Assembly (NCBI RefSeq): GCF_009914755.1 | Contig: NC_060936.1 | DNA from: the human T2T-CHM13v2.0 reference genome, Homo sapiens | Direction: 5' to 3' (one strand) | Length of the DNA stretch: 64,000 bases | In this document: positions 30,196 through 45,622 of the stretch, one piece after another | How positions within the stretch are numbered: the first letter of the stretch is position 1 | Layout: each line of letters starts with the position of its first letter | Notes under the pieces: generated by a model | What the model was told of the DNA's origin: nothing | The model's input: only the letters and a program-made list of their open reading frames with translations | Databases searched by the model: none | Made by a program: the position numbers and the translations under genes

Positions 30196-31581
30196 TGTGT
30201 ACTCACTGTCAGTGCGGTGGGAACAAAAAGGCAGCAACGGCTGGGTCAGCCCAGGAAAGAAGACATTTCCCAGTGGAGAGAATGTCTGAGTGGATATTGA
30301 ACTTTCCAGGCCACAAAGAGGAACAAGAGCATTCAACACTGAGGAGCCTGCCTCTGCAAAGGCAGGACCCACATGCTGGATGTGGAGCTGGATGGTTCCA
30401 CGTGGCAAGGTTTGGGAGGCTTCTGAGAACCTGGCCTAATGATTCCTGTTTCCTCCCTTTTCAGGTGAGTTAGGGAGATCTCTGACAGCTTTTGGAATTG
30501 GTAACACAAGGAAGTCAGTTATTAGCAAATGTTGTACTGGAAACGTCCAGTTATAAAATAATTAATTGTGTGAAAGTCACTGCCTGCTTTTGATCTACAT
30601 CCAGCAGGGGAAGGTCAGGGACTATAAATTGTTTGCATTTTTTAAAGATAGACTTTAGCATGTTGCTAGTATGCTTGCATTATTAGATAATACATCTCTG
30701 TTCAAATTCACTTTCTGCTTCAGTTTGCTTCTCATATAAAAGTCTTCGCAAGTATGTTTGGTGGAGAAGCAAACTTTTTGGCGTATGCGTGTGGTGTTGG
30801 CTTTTCATCCTTGCCAAACCTTCAAGATTTGCAAGGAAAAACAGGTTGCAGGGAGGTGCTCTGGGTTACTTTGAAAAGACCTCACATGCTGACTTGTGCT
30901 GACTCAAGCTGAGGAAAGCTAGAACATTCCTCTGCTGGAGATGGCCTCCTTGTTTAGAGTCCTTCTGACACTGTAATTTGGGTCTGACAACAGGAAGTTC
31001 CTTTGTAGTTTAAGTCAATGGGAACCAATTTTTTTTTCTTTTTTTTGCGATAGAGTCTCACTCTGTTTCTTAAGATGGAGTACAGTGACTCAGTCATGGC
31101 TCACTGCAGCCTCAACTTCCTGGGTTCAGGTGATCCTCCTGCCTCAGCCTCCTGAGCAGCTGGGACCACTGGTATGCACCACCATACCTGGCTAAGTTTT
31201 TAATAGAAATGGGGTCTTGCTAAGTTGCCCAGGCTAGGGAACCAGTTTTTAAGTTTTTGAAATATGCTTGGAAATATAAATATTGGTGAGCGGAGCAGAC
31301 CAGGAGATCAATAATTTATGTTCTCTGCTTGTTAGTTGTGTATATAGCATGTTCTTTTGTCTCTCTTAATGATGTTTGGGGTGAGGGTGTGGGAGAGGAA
31401 GGTAGGGAGCCTTCCAACAAGAAGCTAGTGCTCCTCCAGCCTAGAGAAGCTAAAACATGCAAAGCCAGACCCCATCCCTGGAAATTCTGATTTAATTGGT
31501 GGGGGAAGGCATGTGAATTCTCACAGAGGGTCCGGTTTGCAGCAGGACTGGTGATTTCTTTCCAGGTGCCTTGTTTTGTTA

Positions 31582-32019
<438 letters not shown>

Positions 32020-33639
32020 TTATGAATAACTTTGGTTTCAAGCCTTCCAATTATATTCTGGAAAATACCTGTGTCTTAAAGAGATAGTGTCTAGGGAGAA
32101 CTGAATCACTGCAGAGTTCTTCACCTGTATGTGTGGGTATGTCTAGTCTTTTTGCAAGTAATGAATTTCATTAGAAAGATATTAAGTGCTTGTCATGAGC
32201 AAGCCCCTGTGCCAGAAACTCAATATAAATCATTTCATTTTCTCACCCATATGGTGAAGTAGTTGATGAGGACACTGAAGCTCAGCCATTTGCTCAAAGT
32301 CATGGCTAATGGAGGGAGGATTCAAACCCACATCAGCTTGATTTCAAAGCCTAATAGTCCTGCCACTGTCAACACCCTGCCTAGATCATGATTATTTGGA
32401 ATCACTGGGAAAGAATTTTTTTTTCATGAAGTTAGAAGCCTAAGAATTTTTTTCAATGGAATTTTATAAAAATGTCCTTGAATCACAGATGGCTCTCCCT
32501 GGAAACATAGGTTTGTTTGAGAGTCACCTCTTTTATTGTCTTAATAAATAGACTAAGAGCCATCACAAGGGCTACTGTGGCTAGAGAACATATGACTCGG
32601 GCCGGGCATTGTGCAGGCATTTGACCTGCATTCCTTCACCCCGGTTCCTGTAACATGTACCTGGTGCTGTGGGGTTACAGCTGATAATGCTGAGGTTTCC
32701 AGAGCACATGCTTCCAAGTCCAGTGGAGAAAATCCCAAGAAGTCCAATATTCAATGACTGTTCCTTATTGCAAAATAAGCCCAGAAACAAAGTAGCTGTG
32801 AACAGGCTGCACCAGCCCCAGCAGCAATTTCCATTTAAACCATTTTGCACAGATCCCGTGCTCAGCGCTCTCGCCAGTTTCTCCACTTGCTGTTTAGTAA
32901 GGCCATCATTGTTGGCAGGAAGTGGGTTCCACCTTCCCTGTTGCCTGAGCACAATGTGCTCCTATGTGGTCTCCACTTTCCTGCTGCCTAGTTGGCTGGG
33001 CTTCTCCAGCTGGGCCTTGGAGGCGACCTTTGTCCCACATGCCAGCCCTCCCCACGTTGCAGAACACTATGTAACTGCAGCGTGTGCTGAATTTCCTCTT
33101 CTGTGCTCAACCCTAGCAAGAGCCAGTCAACCCTGAATGAGAATGTGGCAATGGAGCTGTTTTTTTCTTTTATCCCCAAGTCACAAGAAATTGGAAACAT
33201 TCCATTAAGTGGCGTGATTTGAGAGGGTTTCGCCAAATCTTTTCAGGGGAGAGAAGCCAGGTGACCTGATAGCGATCACCTTCCCATTCACGGTTTTCAA
33301 TGGGGGCTTGTTTCTCAAATGACCAACACCTGTAGGCAGTTAATTTTCAGCATGTCACAGGAGGGCCCAGATGACTTTCTGCCTACTGCTTACGACAACA
33401 TGGACTTTAGATGCCTCATGGCTTCAACAGCTAAGAATTATGAAATAAAGCGAGTTATGGGATTAAAAGGCAGATAGCAGAACTCTCCCAGGAGTAGCCA
33501 GGGCTGCACAAGTGGTTTGACGTGGGATCTTTCTCATCTTTGCCCCGGGTTGTTGCTGCTTTGAAGGTTAAGTGCTCCAGGGATATTTTTAAACAGCAGG
33601 GGCTGATTAATCTAAAAGTGACATTTGCAGTCCCCAGAG

Positions 33640-33753
33640 TAAGCAGCTAGCAGGCTTAGATTCAGGCCCTCAGCAAACAAGGAACCTGGAAAATGTAACC
33701 CTGAATGCACGGTGGGGAGGACATGGCAAGAGAAAAGCGGCAGGAATAAAGTG
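33640..33753 (+). other. ACACB: Probable ACACB non-coding leader exon (upstream promoter, exon 1a type; 5' end approximate)
   Basis: Perfect donor GTG|GTAAGT at 33754 in unique sequence, with an AT-rich MEF2/TATA-like element at ~33582-33593. ACACB is known to use alternative non-coding first exons. Confidence 0.6.
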
Positions 33754-34056
33754 GTAAGTCAGCTCGCCCCTCCCCGGGGTCCGGACCATTCTGCCAACGT
33801 CCAGGTAAATTCGAACCCAATGTATAGTGAGAGCAGACCCTGTCTGAAGGCATGCACTTGGGGTCCCCGGGGAAAAACGACTCCCGTCATGTTTGAAGGA
33901 AGCTAATCAGAAGAGCTCGAAATGTAACGCAGATGAAAGAGAAGGGCCTTTCTTTGCTTCTATAAATGGTGGTGTGGATCCCTGGACATGCTCCCATATA
34001 AGTTCCACAACGTTTTATAAACAATTCTGTTTTTTGCCTCCAAAGCTACTGTCTTA

Positions 34057-34546
<490 letters not shown>

Positions 34547-35402
34547 TTAAAAAGTCACTCAGCACCGTGCAAAAGTCTCCTTGCTGTTATTCCTGTCTAA
34601 CCCTCCTCCTCCAGGTAGCCACTGTGCACATTTTGGTATAAACCCCCCAGACCTTTTATTCTGTACACTCACACTGTACACAACTCTCTCCCTCATGTCT
34701 ATTGTGATTACTTTTATTTTTTAATATCAATGGGCATCCATATAGGTTGGGTGACCAACCATCCCACTTTGCCCAGGACCGGGGAATTCCCGGGACATGG
34801 GACTTGCAATTTAAAAACTGAAAGGTGAAGATATTATTATTATCATTATTATTTGAGATGGAGTGCTCACTGCAAGCTCCGCCTCCTGGGTTCACGCCAT
34901 TCTCCTGCCTCAGCCTCCCAAGTAGCTGGGACTACAGGCACCCACTACCACGCCCGGCTAATTTTTTTTGTATTTTTAGTAGAGACAGGGTTTCACTGTG
35001 TTAGCCAGGATGGTCTCGATCTCCTGACCTCAAGTGATCCGCCCGCCTCGGCCTCCCAGAGTGCTGGGATTACAGGCATGAGCCACCGCGCCTGGCCAAA
35101 GATATCATTTTATAAATTGCATGTTTCTGCTAATAGTGACATGGAGTTCTTTACAAGATTTCTTTTTATGACTTCTCCAAGTTTTAAGTGGAAAGACCCA
35201 GCCAATCCTAATTCATGTGATTTAGAGATGAAAATATCTCTAATCTGTAACTTTCTTTCAGAAGCTCTTAAGAGTTTTATTTGCTCCTGCTCAGGTGTTG
35301 TGTAAACTCGCTCATACTTTCAACACCTTTAGGTCTGAGACAGAAATTTGAGTATTACATTACATGAGATACCCAGTCTTCATGGGGAAATAAACATTTT
35401 AA

Positions 35403-35804
<402 letters not shown>

Positions 35805-36806
35805 TGACTTGTTACTTCAAAGTAGAGTTCACCTGTACCCAGGGAAACCAGGAAACAGAGTTAGAAATATTGCATTTGATCGGAAAAATGTATGCACATT
35901 TCACATCCTATCCTAATAGATCTCTCTGTTTGCAGTGATAATAGTAAATTTATGACCGTAGAGTAAGGTGATTTTCTAGGAAGATAGACCGTGTTCATTT
36001 ATTCCAGGAATCCAGGGATCCTTGTATCAGAGAATCCAGGCTGGGCACAGCAGAGAAACCAAGGTATTGATTATTGGGTAGTTGGCATACCCCAGGTATG
36101 CCATAATAATTATGGGATCTCACATAATTTTGAGGACAATCCTAGGAAGGAGATTTTATTTATTCCATTCCACAGGCCAGGAAACCAAGGTTCAGAGAAT
36201 TTCCATGATGGGCTCAGGCCAATCAGATAACAAATGGCAAAGCCTCCACCCAAGTCTGCTGTACTCCAGAAGTCCTGCTCTCTGGGCTCATACCTTAGCC
36301 ACTCTGACCCTTGCTGGGGCCCCAGAAAACAACTACACATAGAAAAGGTCTCTTCAGGCCAGACACAGTGGCTCACGCCTGTAATCCCAGCACTTTGGGA
36401 GGCTGAGGAGCTAGATCACTTGAGGTCAGGAGTTTGAGACCAACCTGGCCAACATGGTGAAACCCTTTCTCTACTAAAAATACAAAAATTAGCTGGGTGT
36501 GGTGGCTAGTGCCTGTAAACCCAGCGACTTGGGAGGCTGAGGTAGGAGAATCACTTGAACACAGGAGGTGGAGCTTGCCGTGAACCGAGATGGTGCCACC
36601 GCACTCCAGCCTGGGCAACAGAGCAAGACTCTGTCTCAAAAAAAAAAAAAAAATGATTTTGAGACAGGGCTGGGTGGCTCACGCCTATAATCCCAGCACT
36701 TTGGGAGGCTGAGGCAGGCAGATCACTTGAGGTCAGGAGTTCAAGGCCAGCCTGACCAACATGGCAAAACCCTGTCTCTACTAAAAATACAAAAATTAGC
36801 CAGTTA

Positions 36807-37037
<231 letters not shown>

Positions 37038-37578
37038 TCAGAGGACAACTTGAACACACTCTCCTTTCTATTTAGAAGCAAATCAGCTGCAGACTTCAAT
37101 ACTAGCTATTATAGAATAATCAGTTGTTGGACATGCCCCTCCCAACTGACCTAGAAGGCTTTCTCTGCTGTGTTATAAGGAAGGCTTCGGTCTTTTATTT
37201 CCATACTCCCCACAAAGTGAGGCTTTTGGAGCTCTTCTGATATGGAGAGCTGCCCATGCAAGGTGGAAACAGGCCTCCAGGGCCAATCAGTTTGGGAAAC
37301 ACCAGGCTGCCTGTGGTTTACAGCAGGACTTCTCAGAGCCTTTACTATGCTAAATGCAGTGGGACTCTCCAAGATGTGACATTGGGATTTGGCCCTAGAA
37401 ATGTTATTTTTTGGCAAGGGTGGGGACCATCTTTCAGGATTGGTATTCATAGCCACCTCTTGCAAAACATGGAACCGTTTCATTCCATGCCTTCCTCATC
37501 TCCTTGCAGGATCCTGGGAGGCAGGACCATGGAGTGGATGAGGTTCACAGGCTCGAGCTCTTGAGCAGGGGGCAAGGG

Positions 37579-37632
37579 GTGTGTGTGTGCATGTGTGTAT
37601 GCATGCATGTGTGTGTGTATGTGTGTGTGTGT
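37579..37632. repeat. (TG)n/alternating purine-pyrimidine tract
   Basis: gtgtgtgtgtgcatgtgtgtatgcatgcatgtgtgtgtgtatgtgtgtgtgtgt. Confidence 0.9.
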
Positions 37633-37928
37633 AAATAGAGCACTGTCTCCCAGGGTTCTGGATGAATTTGAACAGGGAGAAAGTAGAATTGATTCAGTGA
37701 GATCTGCTAACAGGCTGTTGCACTAGCTCAGCCTTGGAGTGAGGCAATGGTGGGCGTAGGGGAAGGGATGAAGAAAACACACCCACACACGTGTGCCACA
37801 CACGTGCACACCTGGAGCTGGAGGGCCCAGCCCGGGGCCCAGCTCTGCCACTCACTGATGTGACTCTGAACAACAGACTTTCTCTCTGTGCCTCATCTTA
37901 TCATTTTTGTGAACATTTAAAGAGATAA

Positions 37929-38237
<309 letters not shown>

Positions 38238-40429
38238 TAGGCCTCCCAAAGTGCTGGGATTACAGGCATGAGAGACCACACCTGCCAGCTTTCATTCTTA
38301 TTCAACATGCTTTTATGGGTTCCTTGAGGGACTACTATATGCCTCCTAGTGTATACTGGAGTTACAAAAGAACCCTATTTTCAGAGTTGCAAATAGACTG
38401 GGGAAGGGGTCGGGGGAGATGAAGTCAGAAATTGATGATAAATCTGTGCCCCTCTGGGTTTTAAGCCTTGCCTGCTCTCACAGATCTTACCTTCTAGTGG
38501 GGGACACTGGTAGATGTGTAATAATGACCCACATAACTACAACCTATGATGAGTGCCAGGAGGAAGAGGTCAGGGAACTGTGGGGCATAGAGCAAGAGCA
38601 TGGTGTTCCATGGCATCTCTCTGGTGGCCCCTGATACAGCAGTATGAGGGAGCAGCCAGCAGGGGTTCAACAGCCGTGCAGATGCCTGTGCCCAGGGCCT
38701 CACCTGGACACTCCCAGCCCCAAGGACTCAGTGGAGCAGGAGGATTCCCCAGGTAGGCAGCAGGGGTGGGGGTGGCACAGACACACCTGAGCTGGGTGCA
38801 GGCCTCCAGCAAGTGTTCACTGACCCTGACGCTTCTGTGTGCTAGGCACTGTGCTGGAGAGCCCAGAGCAAGACAGAGCCACTCCTTGCCCTTAGGAAGC
38901 TTCTATTCCAGTGGAGAAGAGGCATAAACTCATTGGTGAATGCAGAGAGTCAGGTCAGCACGTGATGAATGGCACGTGTCCTACAGAATAAGACCACTGA
39001 GTATCAGGGTGGGTTTGAGGTGGGGACACTGAAGCCAACCATCAGAAAAAGAGCAAGAGATAACCATGCAAAGGACAGAAGTGGGGGCAGGGAAGGGAAG
39101 AACATTCCAGAACATTCCAGGCAGCATGTGCAGAGGAACGTAGAGGGGTCAGTGTGGCAGAGGCCGGTTTGCCAGGGCCATGTAGACCATGGAAAGGGGT
39201 GCAGTGAGCAATCATTGAAAAGGTGAAATTCAGTTTATCTGCTTACTACCCGGGTGAGTGACTTTGCGTCACTTCAACTTCTCGAACCCAGAACTTCCTC
39301 ATCAATAAAACGAGGCTTCCCCTGCTACTGGTCTCACAAGGTGGAATGAGACAATGATTATAAAATGCTTCATATAGGCCAGGTATGGTGGTTCATGCCT
39401 GTAATCCCAGTGCTTTGGGAGGCCAAGGCGGGAGGATTGCTTGAGTCCCTGTCTGTATAAAATATAAAAAGTTTCGCTGGGCGTGGTGGCACATGCCTGT
39501 AATCCCAGTGCTTTGGGAGGCCGAGGAGGGGGATTGCTTGAGCCCAGGAATTCAAGGCTGCAATGAGCTATGATTGTGCCACTGCACTCCAGCCTAGGCG
39601 CCAGAGTCAGACATTGTCTCAAAAAAAAAAAAAAAAAAAAAAAAAGATGCTGAATACAGAGCCTAGCACAAATTAGTACTCATAAGTATTAGCTATTAAT
39701 ATTCAGGTTTCAGTCAGCTGGTGGGTACTTGCATTGTATTTTATGAACTTTTTAACTTTTTGGTATAGGAAAAAAAGTTGACCTGTTTTTTTTTAACACC
39801 TTCAGAAGCAGAGTAAATAGCACAGTGGTCCCCCAATGCATTCATCAGCCAGCTTCAATAACCATTGCCTTTCTGCCCTTCTAGTTTCATCTTCCTATAC
39901 CCATTTTCCCTATATTATTCCCCCAACATTTTATTATAAAAAAATTTAAGCTGGGTGCAGTGGCTCATGCCTGTAATCCCAGCACTTTGGGGGCCAAAGT
40001 GGGCGGATCACGAGGTCAGGAGATCGAGACCATCCTGGCTAACATGGTGAAACCCCGTCTCTACTAAAAATACAAAAAATTAGCCGGGCGTGGTGGCAGG
40101 TGCCTGTAGTCCCAGCTACTCAGGAGGTTGAGGCAGGAGAATGGCATGAACCCAGGAGGCGGAGCTTGCAGTGAGCCGAGATCGCACCACTGCACTCCAG
40201 CCTGGGCGACAGAGCGAGACTCCATCTCAAAAAAAAAAAAAAAATTTTTAAACATACAAGTTGAAAGAATTTTACAGTGGGTGCCCATATACCCCTGATT
40301 AGATTCTGCCATTACCATTTTTCTGTATTTGTCACCTGTAAATTGCAGATATCAGTGTCTTTATCCTTGAATACTTCAACATGCATGTCATTAATTAGAG
40401 CTCCAGAGTTTTTTTTGTTTGTTTGTTTA

Positions 40430-40573
<144 letters not shown>

Positions 40574-40892
40574 CTACAAAAAATACAAAAATTAGCCAGG
40601 CCTGGTGGCATGCACCTGTAATCCCAACTACTCAGGAGGCTGAGGCAGGAGAATCTTTTGAACCTGGGAGGCAGAGGTTGCATTGAGCCAAGATTGTGCC
40701 ACTACACTCCAGCCTGGGTGACAGAGTGAGACCCTGTCTCAAAAAAAAGAAAAGAGACAGGGTCTCACTCTGTCGCCCAGGCTGGAGTGCAGTGGCACAA
40801 TCTCGGCTCACTGCAGCCTCTACTACCCTGGGCTCCCATCTCAGCCTCCAGAGTAGCTGGGACTACAGGGACACACCACCACGCCTGGCTAA

Positions 40893-41096
<204 letters not shown>

Positions 41097-41689
41097 TAGC
41101 ACACATTTCTAAAAGACACAAGTTTTTTTTTTAAACCATTGCCATAATTATATCTATCTAACAGAATGAATGATAATTCCTTAATCTAGTACCTAGTTCA
41201 TGCTGACTGTCCTCCAGGTGGCTCAAAGATGTCTTTGAATGGTTTTATTCAAATCAGGACCCACAGGGTTTCTCTTAAGTCTCCTCATCTGTAATAATCA
41301 GCAACTCCCTTTATTAAATGCCAGTTACTTATTGAAACTGGGTCATTTGTCCCGTAGAATTTTCCATATTCTGGATTTGGCTGATTGCATCTTCCAAGTG
41401 TCATCTAACATGTTCTTCTATACCTATAAATAAGTACTAGGTCAAGAGGCTTGAATCAATTCAGGTGCAGATCCTTAGCAGGAATACTTTGAAGGTGTTT
41501 TTCTGTTTTCTCTTGCATCACGTCAAGAACATAAAGTTCAGTTACCCCACTTTTAGTGATTTTTGTTCATTAGTGAGTTTAGGGTATCAGTCTGACCTCC
41601 GTCGTAAAGTTCCCTATCACCCTCTTGCCGAATGACTTTACTGCCTGCTGATGAGCAAAGCCCAGATTATTGTTTCGTTACTATAGTGA

Positions 41690-41941
<252 letters not shown>

Positions 41942-44465
41942 TGATAGAGATGAGGTTTCACTACATTGCCCAGGCTGGTCTCAAACCTGAGCTCAAACGA
42001 TACTCCCGCCTTGGCCTTCCAAAGAGCTGGCATTACAGGCATGAGCCACTGTGCCCGGCCCAACTCTCATTGTTCTCTACCACACGACTTTCCTCAAGCA
42101 TTTGCTTACCCTGAAATACAGTCCCTGAAAGGCAGAGTACATGGTTGATTATGTCCTTTTTTTGTGTGTGGGCGGGGCTAAGTCTATTTTCAGAGTAATG
42201 AGTAGCCCTAGCAGCCATGAAAAGTATCAACGAGTTGTTTTTGTTTTGAGGGGTGTTACGACCTTATGGTTTTTAAAGATATTTTGATGTGTTTCAATCC
42301 ACTGCAGTCATCATCCGTTTGCAGCCTCTCTTTGGTAGCCCATGCCCCTGGAGGGTCCTTGTTTTCAGGCAAGAAGATATCTCAGCTCATCATGTACATT
42401 TCTGCCCCAGCCCTAGAATCAGACATTTCTCCAAGGAGTCCTGGTTCCTTTCAGTGGGAAATGTTCTTAGAGACATTATAATCTGGACACTAACGATGTC
42501 TGTGGAATTTTTACAAGATCGCCTTGGCTTCTCTGTGCATGATGAACTGGAGGGACAAGACCAGGCCAGAGAGACAGGTCAAGAGACTTTCGCAGTGGCC
42601 CAAGTGAGATATAACAGTGGCTTGAACTTGATCTTAGGTAAATCACTTAGCGCAATGCTTGGTACATGATGGAGAGCACCATAAATGGTAGCACACTCTT
42701 TCATCAATGACTTGATCTGTATTAGTTTACTTAAACTCCAAAACTGTATGAGGAAGACTTCCTTATCATTGTATACATGAGAAAACCCAAGCTCAGAGAG
42801 GTGAGGAAACTTGTTCAAGGTCACACAGGAAATGAACAGCAGAAATAGAACCTGAATCCAGATCTCGTGCTCTAACCAATGCACTGTGTCGCCCAGAGGG
42901 TTCTTGGTTTCACACTCAAAAATGACTTACATTTTGGTGCAAAACCTGATCCATCACGAGTTCATGGCGATTCTCCTGGTTGTGCCCTCAGGTTTGTGAT
43001 TTTATTTGCTTCCCAGTGAGATCATAAACCCACGAGGGCAGGGCTGGGCCATTCCTGCCTGTTTGCTCCATGTCTCCAGCAGCGTGTACCACACCTGGCA
43101 GGTGCTCAGGAAATACCTGCTGATGAATGAGTGAATGGCTGAAGAAGGCAAATTCACAGCACAGCAGGGGGAGAAGCGAAGAAGGATAGGATTCCACCTG
43201 TGAAGATGGCAAGGACCAGAACTTAGGAGAGCTGAACAGTGGACTTCAGCAATTTCTGCAGGGATAATTCAAGTGAGAGGCTAGCCAGACAGATCAGACT
43301 GATAGGCCTTTAGACTGCGGAACATGTTTTCCATTGGAGGTGGAAAAACGGCTCCTCTTACCTTCCTTCAAGGCAGGGGCCGATCTGGAACCATTCAGGC
43401 CAGTTTTGCTTGGGATGGCAGATTCACCACATCAAGAATTTGATCTGAACCAGGCATGGTGGCTTATGCCTGTAATCCCAGAACTTTGGGAGGAAGAGGT
43501 GGGAAGATTGCTTGAGGACAGGAGTTCAAGACCAGCCTGGGCAACACAGAAAGACCCTATCTCTACAAAATATAAAAAAGATTAGCTAGATGTCGTGGTG
43601 TGCACCTGTAGTCCCAGCTATTTGGGAGGCTAAAACAGGAGGATTGCTTGATCCCAGGAGTTCGAGGCTGCTGTCAGTTACAATTGTGCCACTGGACTCC
43701 AGCCTGGGTGACAGAGAGAGACCTTGTCTCTACACACACAAAAAAAATAAAAAATAAAAAGAAAGAAAAAAGAAGTTTGGTTTGTCTCAACAGGCATTAA
43801 TTGAGCACCTACAGTGTACCAGGCATTGTGGATGTGCATCTTTCTGGGTCTATACTCTCAGAGGGCCCTGGGAGACTCAATCATTTGAGTAATTTCCTGG
43901 CTGAGGGAGAAGCTGAAATGTACAGGCTTCTCTTAAATATGTTTTGCTCCCTGAAGTTGTTCCAAAATCAGAGGCCTTGAATGCTGTACACCCGTACTCT
44001 AGGATGGAATGGTTTGGGATTTGGCACAAAACCAGAGATGTAGTAATCTTTTGCTTACTCTAGCAGTACTGGCTGGGATTCCCTGAAGACCCAGATGCTC
44101 TGACATGTTGTAAGTTTGAAAACTGCTGACCCTCTTTTGGGTGTCTTTTTCAGGCTCTGATTCCACCAATCCAATAGGGTAGCCCATTAAACAATTGAAT
44201 CAACGACCTGGTCACCTCCGCCTATGACAAATCTAGCTTTAGAGTCAGGTAGCCCAGGGTCGAATGCCATGTATACCTCCAAGCTGTGTGACTTCAAACA
44301 AGTCACTCCACCTCTCTGGACATTGGATTCTCATGTGTGAAATGGGATACTTGTAAACAAGATGCTTATAGTGGAAGGCATTATTGGTATTATTAATTAT
44401 TAGGACAAAGCTCTTACTCAGGAGTTCAAGATCAGCCTGGGCAACAAAGTGAGATCCTGTCTCTA

Positions 44466-44642
<177 letters not shown>

Positions 44643-45211
44643 CTAAAAAAAAAAAAAGAATAAAGTTCTTAGTATTTGCAGTCAGGGAGTGTCAGGGAGC
44701 ACACTCACTCCCTAGATTCCTAGAGATGACAGTTGCAATTATTTTGCTGTCCCCGAACATTTGTTCCTCTGGTGTAAGGGAGCATGGTGTGTCACCAGTG
44801 CCGTCAAGCACAGTTGCAGGGGAAGGCGAAGTTCTTGGATCACACCATGGGGTGTGCCTTTTCAAGTCTTACAGTTCGCAGGGAGGGTAGACCTCCCTCC
44901 ACTGCCAGCTAAAAGTTGTCACGTATCTTCTTCAGATGTAAAAATCTTAAAGGATCATCCTTCACAACATAGCTGATTTGCTAATCACAGCTCCTGCTTT
45001 AGGAACTTTGGCAGAGTCCCCAAGAGTAAATTCTGCTTGAGATGTCCTGCTCCCTTGGCAGCCTGGCGAGCTCCTATTCAACCTTCAAAGTCCCAGTGCA
45101 GATGCTCTTTACTTTTTGCTCTCCCTCACGTCTGTCTCCAACCCGGAAGGTATCCTCTCTGAACTGCCTTCTAGATGTGGCTTTTCCTGATTCTGAGATT
45201 CTAGCAATTAG

Positions 45212-45622
<411 letters not shown>

